Source: Octopus sinensis (taxonomy: Eukaryota). Taken from it: DNA of 64,000 bases. Of the stretch, positions 40,065 to 54,739 are shown one piece after another (within the stretch, counting starts at the first letter, position 1; every line of letters starts with the position of its first letter). The translations under genes and the position numbers were made by a program. The notes beneath the pieces were generated by a model, which was not told the DNA's origin, ran no database searches, and worked only from the letters and a program-made list of their open reading frames with translations. The stretch spans positions 46,004,001 through 46,068,000 of the forward strand of contig NC_043004.1 in the NCBI RefSeq assembly GCF_006345805.1, given 5' to 3'.

Positions 40065-41160
40065 CTTGTTTGCTACAAGCAACGTATTCGCCAAGCAGCG
40101 GTTCATGCGCTTTTTTTTCTTTACCATTAATTTTACAAATCACAACTTTACAACGCTACTATTCTTTGCAGGAAAACTTGCCTCACTTCATTCAGGCCGT
40201 TCAGCCTGGGTAGCATTCATGAAATCAATAGCAAATTGTTTGCTCTCCTTCAAGATAGAATGAAGATTTTTACACCTCTTGTATTTTCAATGAGTTTTGC
40301 ATCCAGTTGTTAAATGTTTCAAGATATTAGGCCAGTTCAATTTTTGTGGTGTTTGTAAGAAAATTCAAACTGTATCCGTCCTCGACCATCTTGCACTTTA
40401 GGTAGCTAAAGACGACCAATGAGTGCCTTTGAGAGTTGTAACTTATTATAAGTCAGCAGCTTACGAATTTTTCTATTAATTTTATTTAATTCTCAGATAT
40501 TTCGGTTCAACACATTGAAGCTATAAGTAATAATTGAAACTGCTAAGGAATTTATGGCTAACACTTTCTTATGTGTATTTATGGCTAACACCTTGTCATG
40601 TGCATTTAGCTCACATTTCAGAATTGCTCGTGCTCACTTCTAATGATTCTTCTCTTTCATGGTTGCATCCCGAATGCCAGAGCCTCCATTTATGCTCAAT
40701 ATCTGTTATAACTGTATTCAAAATCTAATCAGACTGAATCTGAGTTTAGCAATTACCCTTTCGTCAAAGTGGGTCTTAGCACAATTATCAAATCTAACTC
40801 CATCGAGATGTCATCACTGAATGCTTTCACAGTAGTTAATATGCCTTGAAACTCTTCATTGTCTTTCTCCTATAAAATAGTTGGCTTGTCAATCTTATAA
40901 CTATACACTGTTCTGCTAAGTTCACTTATGATGGGTATTAGGATTCAGCAAAATATTATAGGTGAAAATGCAACAGTTGACACCATTATTGCGTGAACAT
41001 AGTGCTCCATTACAATGATATAATTGGAAATTCATGTTCCAGAATTATATACACACCAGAAAGTTTCAAATTGCTGGAGAGATTTTGAAGATGTCTGGTG
41101 ATTTCAGGATCCATTAACGCGGTATGTCATTTAACATCTCATCATCGGTATTGTGTTGAA
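40065..41160 (-). mobile_element. Decayed R4/Dong-clade RT fragment
   Basis: Minus mixed frames: DIPR*WILKSPDIFKISP, LIPIISELSRTVYSYKI, EEFQGILTTVKAFSDDISM, RFDNCAK, GSGIRDATMKE, ILKCELNAHDKVLAIN, LHSILKESKQFAIDF. Confidence 0.82.
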
Positions 41161-41815
41161 AGCAAAGGCCACGCAATAAGCAACACGCCCAACTCATCCT
41201 CTCCAGAGCATCGGCTATCAAAAATAATCTTTCCGAATCATCATCTTTTGATTGCAAATATTGACACGTAACAGTTTAAACGGTGCACCAACGCCAACAA
41301 ATTCAGTAGTCTTGGTTGGATCTGTAAACGATCATGGGTATTGTTGCTTTCACTAGACTTACCAGTTTCAAAAATTCAATGACAAGCTTTTGAGCGTCAT
41401 ATCCACTCCAAACAAGACGGATAAACGTTGATACAGGATTCCTCCCACCAACAAATACACGAAGACACAACACACATAGCAAAACCAAATCCTAAAATAA
41501 TCGATACGCCCCATCCCCACCCCAGTGGATGACTCAAAATTCAAACGGTCAACATTTAACTTTAGCCCGTAATTTCTCCATCAATCGAATTAGCCCTGAA
41601 AACTAAAAAGGGATACCAACACTGGTAACGTAATTTACCCCTGCAGATGGGAAAAGGAATGTGTGAAATATTAATGTTATTTATAGGAACGTTAATGTTC
41701 GAGCAAAATCGCACGAATGTAAAAAAAGGAAACACCAAAAAAAAAGAAATATAAAAAACTAGAACACAGTAGTGATTTTAATTAACATGCAAATCCAAGC
41801 GTAATCAGAGGCGTT

Positions 41816-41890
<75 letters not shown>

Positions 41891-41938
41891 CAGAGAGAGA
41901 GGGATATACATGTATGCGTGTGCGTGCATATGTATATG

Positions 41939-41987
<49 letters not shown>

Positions 41988-42219
41988 ATATGTATATATA
42001 TATATTTAAGTATGCGTGTGTGTTTATGTGTGTATGCATATATGTCTTAGTGCATGTATGTTGAGCTAGAGAGAGAGTGGAAAAGGAGGAGAATGAGAGG
42101 GGCGAGAAAGTGAGGGGAGAGAAACAGAAGGGAGAGAAGGAGAGGGGATGAGAAAGAGGAGACGGAGAGAGAGAGTAAGTTTATTTCATTGATTTTTATT
42201 TATATCTGAAACAAAATAA

Positions 42220-42264
<45 letters not shown>

Positions 42265-42760
42265 CCAGCGATTATAATTATTTTTATTTTATCGCAATTG
42301 ATTTGTTTATATATATATATATATATATAAATACACAGAAAATTACGAAAATATATCGAAGTTTATTCCATTTCCAAAATGCTTAATCAAATATTAAAAA
42401 AAGATGAAACTAAACCAAAAACAAACTCACATGGAGAGAATCTATTGACAGAGCCTATTTACCTTTATTTTCGCTTTTAATTATTTCTTCAACTTAAGAA
42501 CTACTCAAAAGCTTAAAATGAATTACAGATGGAAAAAGAAGTAAAATATAAACGAAACATGCCATACTTTGAAGACACATTTATGATGAGTGAGAATTTC
42601 TTTTTCTGAATCATGCCTAAATAATTAAAAGCTTTTGACACTCGCTCTAAATTCAATAATGTCATAATAGCTTTCAGATCCCCGTGATGATAATTAATAA
42701 AAAAGCGTTGTATACGGGATTAACAAGCCAGTTGAGGATATCGCCTCTTTCTTTCTTTTC

Positions 42761-42797
<37 letters not shown>

Positions 42798-42848
42798 TTT
42801 TATCTTTGTATCTCTATGTATATCTATGTTTACACACACACACACACA

Positions 42849-42928
<80 letters not shown>

Positions 42929-43094
42929 ACATTTAGATATACTGATAAATAGGGAGATACACTTGTGGTCTACATAGAATTATATACATATATTTTTATA
43001 AGTCTTTATAGAAATACATATGCATGTGTGTGTGTGTATATATATTTTTATATATATATATGTATACATATATATATATATGTGCGTGTGTATG

Positions 43095-43140
<46 letters not shown>

Positions 43141-43208
43141 ATATATTATATATATATATGTGCGTGTGTATGTATATGTATATATATATATATGTATATA
43201 TATATATG

Positions 43209-43306
<98 letters not shown>

Positions 43307-44776
43307 GCGCAAGCGCACTAGCAGACGCCCTCAAAGCAAGCACACAAATACACATGTATATAAGGTGTACATAAAGCCCTTATGCAATTACAGATTCAAA
43401 ATTTCCATCACTTTCATTCTATATAGGATAGAATTAATCTGCAAAGCACATTCAGTCGCTTGAAGCAGTTCTTTTATCGCCGGTAATAAAAAAAATATTA
43501 TTACAACGCCGTATTAATTTTTCAGAAAATTAATAATTACATAAATTTATGGGGACAATTAAAGATTAATGTTTATTGAAATAAAGCTTCTTCTATAGAT
43601 GATTGCGGGCTAGGATAATCAGCTTCTAAATGCATTTCTAGAAATACAGAAAAGCATTTCATTTTGTATATCTTAGAATGTGAAAATGGAAATTTCATTG
43701 AAAACATTTTCACCTGGAGTTTTCACAGATGAATTGTACAGTATATAAACTAATGTTATTATACACATAAATTATACAAGGGCTTCATAATTGCCTTGAA
43801 TGCACACATACACACGCGCAGCACACACATACACGAGGGCGCACACTAACGCTTTTACACAAACATATGTAAATATAAGTACGTCACTTCATGTCGAGCA
43901 AATGAGAAAGATGTTTCCTATATATGTTGTCCAGGATATGGTTTATTAAACTGAAGGTGAGTTTGCCTGTTTCCTCATGTATATATATATATATGCGTGT
44001 GTAAGTATATATATATATATATGTATATATATAATATATGTGCGTGTGTATAGAGTGTTTTCTGTGATGAACAGAAAATTAATATTGGGAAAAAGTCATC
44101 AGAATTTTGGAAGAAAATCTATTTATTTCTTTATTATTAATAGCGCTTTTGTTCGTTTCTTGAACTCGTTAGATAAAATTTTGTTAATGTACAAACTGCT
44201 TGCTCATTTCTTTAAGAACATATGTTTTTGTGGGGTTTTGTTTAGAAGAGAAGATTGTTGTTTTTTTTTTAGGTGGAGCTTTGCATGACAATGGAGATGG
44301 ATAGTTAGAAATATAGGTAGGTAGATAGGCTGATAGATAGATAGAAAAATAGTCAGACAGATAGATAGATGTGTAAAGGGAAAGAAAGAGAAAACGGCGA
44401 TCCCCCTTTAGTTATATTAGAATGGGTGGTATTGGAATGGGTTTAAGGATGGTGACCTCCTCAAAACAGAAATAAATAAATACAAAAACAGATGTGGAGA
44501 TATCACTGAAAGTCTTTTTGCTTTCTTTCTCTCTTCTTTTTTTCAACTCGCTACCTTCTTCTCCTCTTTGAGGTATAGTATTTAGAATACAAAACGTATT
44601 TTCTTTCAAACATTCAATTCTGGAGAGTTTTTTTTTCTTACTTGGTTCTTTTTCTTTTTTTTTTTGTGAAATTTAGTTCTGCATGAAAAAAAATTAGTAT
44701 AATATTTGCAAATTAAAACAGTTTTAAAAATTAAATTAATAAAATAAGATATATATATATACATATATACATACAT

Positions 44777-44808
<32 letters not shown>

Positions 44809-45960
44809 AATATATATATTATATATATCTACATACAAACACTTTTGTGGACGAATGTGTATGAGTGTTTTTGCCTCTGTATTTTCCTCCAATGATCCCA
44901 CTTTACAACCATTATTGGTTTGGTTGTGTCCTTGCAACTTCAGCATTTCGGCATAAAACGAAGATAGAAAGTAGTTGACTTTTAAAAAATTACTGGTGAT
45001 GGGAGTGATTTCCTCAATTGAACCCTTCAAGACTGTGCTTCACTATGGTCGTAGTCCATTACCTAAAACAAGTAGAAGGTCAAATGTTAAAAACAAAACA
45101 AAAAAAAACTAAGTATTTTTAATTACTCCCAGCGTAGAATTGAACCGTGTTCAGCTGCTGGATTCGCTGTTACATTACTTCCGTTTTTAATCTCTTACTA
45201 GGAAGTTGTCTAACTTTGTTGCTATTCTAGTGTAAAAAGCCTTTCGCTATTCTATCAGCAGTTCATGAAATATTGATGGAGACATTGATTATTTTTTCTC
45301 TTTGAACTCATTCAATTTCTTCAGCCGTTGTTTCGAATTCCCACGTGACAATGACGAAATGAAGTTAGAGTAGATATACTGGTCAATTAATACAATCTTG
45401 TTGTATCTTCTGTACGCAGATGTTAGTATTCTGAAATACATATACGCATACACACTTACATGCGTGTATACATAAGTATATTTATGCATACATACACACA
45501 CATACACACACACTCACACACTTTTATATATATGCATATGTATGTCTGAGTGTATATATATACATACATACATATGTGTGTATGTATACACACATGCATA
45601 CATACGTACATACACATAGATACATGCACATACAAATACATGGAAATAGACGTACCCATACGCACATATGTGTATGTATGTATCTGTATATGCATATATA
45701 TATATATATATATACGTGTGTGTGTGTGTGTGTGTGTGGAATGTATGCATAACACTCTTTGCCCCTTTTGACAGTACACGGTCGTGCAATCTCACACGGC
45801 TTTCATAGGTTCACAAATACACAATGCCAACAATAAAAATAACATATCAACAGGCGTATTATCTATGCATACTCTGTCTGCAACACAAGTATTAGTTAAC
45901 ACACGTATAAATAATAAAATTTAACTTTACATACCTTAGCTAACCACTATCCTTTGATCA

Positions 45961-46810
45961 TATGTGTATGTGTGTATGAATGTATGTATGTATGTATGTA
46001 TGTATGTATGTATGTATGTCATCACCGGGGTCGTTGTCCACGTCTTCGTCGTTGTCTTCACCGTCGTCGTCATAGATGAAATCGTCATCGTCATCATCTT
46101 CTCTTGACTGTATGTATGTATGTATGTATGTATATATGTCATCATCGGGGTCGTTGTCCACGTCTTCGTCGTTGTCTTCACCGTCGTCGTCATAGATGAA
46201 ATCGTCATCATCATCGTCATCATCTTCTCTTGAATGTATGTATGTATGTATGTATGTATGTCATCATCGGGGTCGTTGTCCACGTCTTCGTCGTTGTCTT
46301 CACCGTCGTCGTCATAGATGAAATCGTCATCATCATCATCATCGTCATCATCTTCTCTTGACTGTATGTATGTATGTATGTATGTATGTATGTATGTATG
46401 TATGTATGTCATCATCGGGGTCGTTGTCCACGTCTTCGTCGTTGTCTTCACCGTCGTCGTCATAGATGAAATCGTCATCATCATCATCATCGTCATCATC
46501 TTCTCTTGACTGTATGTATGTATGTATGTATGTATGTATGTATATGTATGTATGTATGTCATCATCTGGGTCGTTGTCCACGTCTTCGTCGTTGTCTTCA
46601 CCGTCGTCGTCATAGATGAAATCGTCATCATCATCATCATCGTCATCATCTTCTCTTGACTGTATGTATGTATGTATGTATGTATGTATGTATGTATGTA
46701 TGTATGTCATCATCGGGGTCGTTGTCCACGTCTTCGTCGTTGTCTTCACCGTCGTCGTCATAGATGAAATCGTGATCATCATCATCATCGTCATCATCTT
46801 CTCTTGACTG

Positions 46811-46844
<34 letters not shown>

Positions 46845-47758
46845 TGTCATCATCGGGGTCGTTGTCCACGTCTTCGTCGTTGTCTTCACCGTCGTCGTCA
46901 TAGATGAAATCGTCATCATCATCATCATCGTCATCATCTTCTCTTGACTGTATGTATGTATGTATGTATGTATGTATGTATGTATGTCATCATCGGGGTC
47001 GTTGTCCACGTCTTCGTCGTTGTCTTCACCGTCGTCGTCATAGATGAAATCGTCATCATCATCATCATCGTCATCATCTTCTCTTGACTGTATGTATGTA
47101 TGTATGTATGTATGTATGTCATCATCGGGGTCGTTGTCCACGTCTTCGTCGTTGTCTTCACCGTCGTCGCCATAGATGAAATCGTCATCATCATCGTCAT
47201 CATCATCGTCATCATCTTCTCTTGAATATATGTATGTATGTATTATGTATGTATGTATGTATGTATGTATGTATGTATGTCATCATCGGGTCGTTGTCCA
47301 CGTCTTCGTCGTTGTCTTCACCGTCGTCGTCATAGATGAAATCGTCATCATCATCGTCATCATCTTCTTGAATGTATGTATGTATGTATGTATGTATGTA
47401 TGTATGTATGTCATCATCGGGGTCGTTGTCCACGTCTTCGTCGTTGTCTTCACCGTCGTCGTCATAGATGAAATCGTCATCATCATCGTCATCATCTTCT
47501 CTTGAATGTATGTATGTATGTCATCATCGGGGTCGTTGTCCACGTCTTCGTCGTTGTCTTCACCGTCGTCGTCATAGATGAAATCGTCATGATCATCGTC
47601 ATCATCTTCTCTTGAATGTATGTATGTATGTATGTATGTATGTATGTATGTATGTCATCATCGGGGTCGTTGTCCACGTCTTCGTTGTCGTCTTCATCGT
47701 CGTCGTCATAGATGAAATCGTCATCATCATCATCATCGTCATCATCTTCTCTTGACTG
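45961..47758. repeat. Tandem array of 13 conserved ~90-110 bp units separated by variable (TATG)n
   Basis: Unit gtcatcatcggggtcgttgtccacgtcttcgtcgttgtcttcaccgtcgtcgtcatagatgaaatcg(tca)n..ttctcttga starts at 46018, 46138, 46260, 46408, 46558, 46706, 46846, 46986, 47118, 47279, 47410, 47520 and 47654. Confidence 0.97.
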
Positions 47759-49429
47759 GAACAGCCAAGCCCTGATGTGACGGTGGTGGGGGGTCTCTCT
47801 CAATCAAGAATCATCTTTATCAAATGGATTTCCTGCTCAGTTACGTAATTAGGTAAACTTTCTCTAGCCAACCTTTTTCTTTATTTATGATCATCCGAGT
47901 TCAGTGTTTTTCCTTGATTTGAAGGAAGTGGAAATCTCCATCATCATAATATAGAACAGAAGAAACTAATATCCGAAAATACCTACAAACAGGTTCGCCA
48001 TTCCATACTTTAATCTCGTATGTTCCATGCCTCCTCATTACGCATTTGAAGGTATTTTTCACAACTCTTTGTAGAGAATTATTGAGCTATCATCTAATGC
48101 ATTCCGAAATACATTAAAATCTGTTATATTTATAGTTTACTCTAATTTGAAATATTATTGATGACCTATATTCGCACCATATTGGTACACCTATCTTCAA
48201 CTTATATTAAGCTTTAGTACCGATGCGCCGGATTCTAAGCAAATTAATTTATTAATTAGTTGTGTCTTTATATGCAACGGCAATCCCAATCCTATTTATA
48301 ATTTTATATGCCTCTGCATCATTTCTTTGAACGTATTCAATAATTCACCTACGGCACTATACAACGTTAATTAAATCTTGCTCCTAGTGCAATGCCAAAC
48401 TCGCTTTACATATTTCTGTATATATAATCATCTATAACTAATTATATAGATGGTAATAAGATGAGTATCTGTTAGGTTTCGTTTGTAAACCTTCCAAGTT
48501 CGAAAATCTCAAGGCAAGAATTTGCTAGTCATATATATGAAGAAACGATTTACGACATAAGCAGAATGCCATATGTTTACAGATTTATAACGACCTCAGA
48601 ATTTGTTGATTCTCTATATTATCCCGGAAGGATAAATACCGAATCAACACTGCTGGGTCTGTTCTGGTGGGATAAAACATAAAGAAATTCGAATGAATAT
48701 CTCTAAGCAGTTTTTTTGGTGAACTAACGGCTGTACATTGACCCACGACTATAGTGATGAATTAATTCTAATTTTTCATACAGTAATTATGTGTGTCATA
48801 CATAAATTGTAATGAAATTGGATTGGCTCCTGGTCAAAGCAAAATCCTGGTTAACGTTCATACGACGGGCAATCTTGAACTAAATGAAGGTAATTAGCAA
48901 GAACTGCCTTAATGAAATATTGATTTCTCACAATGTCATTAGGTAACAAATTAATACGGGAGGAATCAAAAGCTGTAGATTGTGGGTTCGTATTTTATCC
49001 AGTTCAGCTTGAATGGAAATCAATGTAATTATTTGATGAAGATATTTCTGAATCTTCACTAACTTGCATATGGTGGAACTGATATATAGTGAACCAATAT
49101 GAAATAGCCACTATATAATATAAACATAGGAATTAAAAAACAATAAAGTATCGTAAAGTTTGGCAATCCAGACATTCGCCAATATCTTCTATACAATAGC
49201 GCCAACTGACAGCTTTTTGGTAAGCATGAAGAAAACTAAATCAAATCCCTTCTATTCATTGACGGAACAGAGCCGATAACGAGCATTCAGAAATGCAGGG
49301 GTAGCATAAAATTTAATATACTCAAACACAACTACCCACCTACCTACTCACACATACACACGCACATGTATATTCCTCCTGAGATAGTATCTCTTATATA
49401 TTATTTAAATAACAGAACATATATTAGTT

Positions 49430-52400
49430 GCAGCGAAAGTCGTTCAGGAGTGGTGGTAGTATTGCTCAATGAATATTTCTACCTTTTTTGAATCCGACAG
49501 TTAATTAAACTTTTAATGATGTATCTGCATTAGTTATGATACACAGATTGCTACTTGAAACTAATAACAATTCTGTTGCATATAACGAATTTTCATTTAC
49601 CCGGTCTGCTTGTTTCGATATCATTGTTATTCCAATCACCGTTTTCCTCTATCGGCCACGAATGACTTTGAATAATTGCTCCTGATGATGTCCAAGGGAC
49701 AGAGATTTTCACCCAGTAATGCCATCACATCCTCTGGATGTATTTGGCTGCTGCTGATATATTTTTGGCATTGTTTAACAATACGTTTATAAGAGTAACA
49801 TTTCATGGCGTTTACTGCATTTAATTAGGCCATCTATGATGTATCTGCTTTATGGACAACGCACAGACCTCGCTATTTGAATTAAATGATAATAGTGCTT
49901 CTGTGTTTTGCAATCATTAGCTAAGGATGATTGCTAAGGATTAGTACAAGGATATAAAGAATAAAATCCTCTATTTTGGTGTTAGAATTGGTGAACATTG
50001 GTAAAAGGTCAATTCCGGGTTACTTTAACAGTTTCTTTCCCACGTTATTTAGTTGTTTGTTTTGGGCCTCTATTTCGCTGCTAAGAAAATTTCCATATTT
50101 TTTCTTGCGTCTTTGTGGAATTGTCTATCGTTCGACAGTATTATCATCTACGATTCCTGTTCGGCGATATCCTGAAGTAAAATGATGCTGCTGCATCTGC
50201 AAAACCCCCAACGACATGCGTTTAGTCCTGATTAGTTGACGTTGCATAATTTTGGAACACACTTCCACCTTATAGGAAATTATAACTGAAATAGGAGTTT
50301 GAACTCGAATTACTTTTTCATGCACTCGAGAAATAAAAATGCAATAAAATCTTATGATAAATTGCAAAGCATTCAAAAACGCACTTAATAATATAGAAGA
50401 TTTGGAAAACAAGCATAAAATTTTAATTTATAAATACAATAAAAGCAATCTGTTTCTTATGAAAATTTTTACTTTATTAACGAAATTCAACAATGTTCCA
50501 TATGAAAACAGCTAATTTATCAAAATGAAGGAAAACAATTGTATGCAAAAAGTATAATAAATTTAAATTCAATAAATAAATTATAGCTGCAAATATACCT
50601 ATAAGATCTGATCCTTTCCAATATATAAAAGGATAATTCAGCCCAGAGTAAATTTATGACACTACAGGGAGAGACAACTAGGATAAGTGCTCTGGCCAAT
50701 ATCCTCTAAATCTAAACATGAATCGCTAACCAATTAGATAGTATGATATAGAAATATATGCCTAAAGAGCACTCTATATGCTCATCGAATAAATCACTGG
50801 AACGTTAACCGAAGAAATGACAAGATTGCTATGTTAATGTTCCTGGGGTGGAAAAAGATAGGTATAATATTATTAAAGGTCTACATACACCTTATACAAG
50901 AATCGCCTAAAATGTCAGTAAACAGTTTTAGGAAATTTCTGTTGCATTTGAGTAATCGAGTTTTGTTTATGGTACTCATAATTCAATCTAAACACCCAGC
51001 AGATTGGAATGGTGATAAGTTATTCACTTGAGAGCATATTTACCACAATCTACATAGTTGGTGTTGAAAATAAAGTTATTTCCAAACATAGCCAAACATG
51101 CTTCGATGGTGTATGCATTGTGATGGTCTTGGAAAAACATCCAGGTATTCTGAAAATAATTCTATCTTCAAATAAACGAGCTAACGTAACTCCAATATCC
51201 ACTCGTGAACAAAGCACTAATCTTTTCTCCGATATAGAGGAAGGAAAAAGGAAAACTCATTTATCATGTCTGTTTATACATGAATAGAAAATCAGAAATT
51301 CTTTTACATGCACGGCAATAAGTGTTTCATTCTTTGACATGTTAAGTATTCTTACACCAAAGAGCAAATCGAACGACTTGAACAAGAAGTTAATAACGAA
51401 TAATTGTATATGTTAGTGGAGTAAAGAATAGAACTATGTACATATATGTACCGCAACTAACCAGAAACTATTGGTTAGAATATATAACAGCACACCGAAA
51501 TGAGAAATATCTTTTCATCAAGAAGAAACCACAAACATGCAAGCCATAGAAGTTATTTTAGACAGACAATGCAATATATAAATATCAATGGAAGCATAAA
51601 ACTTGTCAACTTTGTGATTTAAACTCTTACATTAGACAAGCTAGTTCCACACTTTCTCGTCTGTTGACCATGCATTTACATGGCGGAGCCACTGCACTAC
51701 ATTATAGTACACTCTTTTCATTTATCTAACCGTCAACATTGATTTTTCGATCTGATTTTGTTTCTTAGCTGTAATTTTGTCGCTATGCTGTCTCGTTTAC
51801 TACACTCCCAGCAACTTTTACTTTGTGATTCTCGACTACAATTTGTTTGCTCTTTCATAAAAAAAAATTGGCTCATTTTATATGCATCTCGGTTATTGCA
51901 TATTTCACATTTATGTGTTGTGTTATGATTTTCTTTATGTGTCTGTTTGAGAATTTCTCTTTTAATCATGTCAACTTTCACTTCTGCTTTCTTTGTTGTT
52001 TCGTGGTATGCACACTTTACAGATCATATTGCTGCATAGTATTATTTTTATCATGTGGGATCATTATCAATGTCAGTTGTTCGAATTGTGTAATACAATG
52101 TTGTATTAAATTATTCTTGCTCTCGATAGCTCTTTAAAAGTTCTAATCACATCGTAGTGGTTTATTATACTTTTTAGATTGGCTGTTGGTTCGATAATTT
52201 AATCTGATTTGAACCGTTACATTAAACATGTCCGCGTAGACTGAATGAAAGATGCAGCAGGCTTCACAATTCGATTAAGCATTGCACCATGTTTTGTTGA
52301 TTAATAAATATTCCGCTTGTCGATTGGGACAAGAAATAACTCCATTTACCAACTTCCATTGTGATATGTAGATGTTCATGAGAATCCTTTCATATTCAGT

Positions 52401-52875
52401 GAAAAAGCCTAGTATAAATTCATCATTTCTGTTTGATGTATCACGATAGCTATCTTTGATCTCTTTAGTATAAGATGTCTATTTGAGTAGCCATGTGCTC
52501 CTAAAACGCCGGTGTTATGTTTCACTGAATTCTTTAAAATATTTCATTTCACCATACAAACTTAAGCAACTTGATCATGTGAGAATATAGTTAAACTACA
52601 GCAGCTTTTAATGTTTGCTAAACGAATACCATTATAGATGGCAATCACGATTATGGTGGTTATACTTTTTGTATTATTCATTGATTTGTATTTTGATTTG
52701 TATCTTGCTAACTTACGTTACCACTTCCATGAAGAACTGGCAATATAAGTGCCCAATCATTTGCACGATCTCTTCCGCGTGCAAATTACTGTAGATGTAT
52801 TTATTCCTGCAAGTGTATATATTGTTAAACGAATTTCTATTATTATGCATTAACTATCATACGACAATTCCGCTG
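49430..52875 (-). pseudogene. Possible heavily decayed multi-exon WSC / C-type-lectin-like gene
   Basis: Microsatellite-free stretch. Exon-like 52875-52717 (tttcag..|gtaagt, 159 bp, ends *LGTYIASSSWKW); INKTWCNA*SNC near 52290; acceptor at 51150 then EY.GCF.QD..TIEACLAM..KCNRN (WSC-like, frameshifted); HYWV..W..NGDWNN..KFVIC near 49570-49730. Many stops. Confidence 0.35.
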
Positions 52876-53579
52876 CTGAAAACACAAATTAGTCGTTCAA
52901 AAATACATCAAGACTGTTAACCTCCCTTAAACATTTAACATTTGATTTCCATATTTTCTTTTCACCAAATGCGACCTGGTAACTGGCATGATTCCTTTGC
53001 ATCTGGTCTGGGGTGAGATCAGTATATATAGGTGTCAGTGTGATAAATACGATTTTATCCATATAGTTTAGTCGTCATTGTCTGGTGCTTATAATTCGTT
53101 ATGTAACACAGTATTTGGTGGTAATTCACGTTTTCTCTTTCTTCTTTATTTGAATAGGATATCTTTGGAAATGTAAAGCACAGCAAGTAAAAATGATAGC
53201 AAAAGAAAAAGTCGTTCTGCATAGACAGTTTGACACAAACTATTGGAGGGGATGGGAGCTAATACGTATCTCACTCGTTGAAATTGTTTTAGTTTTAAAA
53301 AAATCTGCTTCGAATCACATCACATACCAGACAAGTTCATCTGTGAATTATATATTTACTAGCTAGACCTGTGGATACACTGCGGAGTAGACAAGGGTAC
53401 AACATTCTTATTATATTTAATATTCAAAGAAATGATTTTCACTGCCACGGCATGGACTCACTGAAATCAGTAAGTCTAGTTTTGTTCAAACATCTCCCTC
53501 TCATTAACGGATGTTTATGGTCAGAGTGGCTAAAAGTAAAAAGCAAAATTTGATTAGTTTATTAAGTATGAATGCAATA

Positions 53580-53650
<71 letters not shown>

Positions 53651-54498
53651 GTGCATGTATAGATACACGCATATACATACATAATACATGCATATGTACA
53701 TAATTTACTTGTTAATTTAATTATTTGGAGAGTTGATAACCTGCAGGCTCACATGTGTAGAGTGTGCTTTATATATGTGTGTACGTTTAGATGTGTTGGT
53801 ATCTCTGTTGGTGTTATCATGAGAAACCATGGAATATGGGAAAAAGGATCACGCAGTTACAGATGGATGAATGAAATATAAACCTTCGCCATTGCTTACG
53901 CTATGCATCTCTACTGATCTTCATAAAGTGTCTGTTGTACTATTATTATTTTTTTTTACTCATAGAATGTTTAGCAATATATGTTGTACTGGTCTTTGTC
54001 AATGCAGGTCTCATAAGACGTACACGAAATTCAACAGGGAACGTCTTAATTCGTCTAATCAAGGAATATTTTCGGAAAGTATTCATAAATCTAAATGGAA
54101 ATTATTTCTACCTATTAATACGTCAAGATTGAATTTCGAAAATGCCCTTCCTTGAAAACTAGATTTGATTGTTTCTAATCGCTTTTGCAAATGGATTTCT
54201 TATCTTGAATTTCTGATATAAATTGCAATCAAACACGAAGTAGAAGAAAACACTTTTTTTATCTTTGATCTTTTACTTTTTACAGTTATTTGATTACGGG
54301 TATGCTGGGGCATTTCTGTATTTTTTAAAGCCAGGTACTACTCATTCTCGTTTGCTTAGCAGTTAAGTCACATCAACAGCGGTTGTCAAGCAGTGGTGGA
54401 GACAAACACATGCATACGTAGATATATACATATATATACATATATACAGATATATATATTCATATATATATACATATATATATATATATTATATATAT

Positions 54499-54530
<32 letters not shown>

Positions 54531-54537
54531 AGAATGA

Positions 54538-54569
<32 letters not shown>

Positions 54570-54739
54570 GTATATATAATCATTAATCATGATAGGGAAA
54601 ATGAAGATGTTTCACATCCATAAGTAATACTTAGCAGTTATTTACAACATGTTCTCGGAACCTACACGTAATTCAACCGCAGCGACTGCACAATTTTGTA
54701 AATGCAATCTTATATATATATATATATATATAACTTGAG

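Noticed and set aside
41500-44700. Enhancer-like unique sequence with TAAT clusters, ATGCAAAT and TTTATGG motifs
   Set aside because: Such motifs are expected by chance in very AT-rich DNA, and no conservation data are available.
45961-47758. CRISPR-like repeat-spacer appearance
   Set aside because: The repeats are ~100 bp, the spacers are the same microsatellite rather than unique sequence, there are no cas genes, and the context is eukaryotic.
49678-49715. CTGATGA-TGTCC-aag-GGACA-GAGA hammerhead-like string
   Set aside because: GAAA is GAGA and neither stem I nor stem III can be formed; probably chance.
53870-54160. Possible GIY-YIG remnant
   Set aside because: Only vague resemblance; no motif could be read with confidence.
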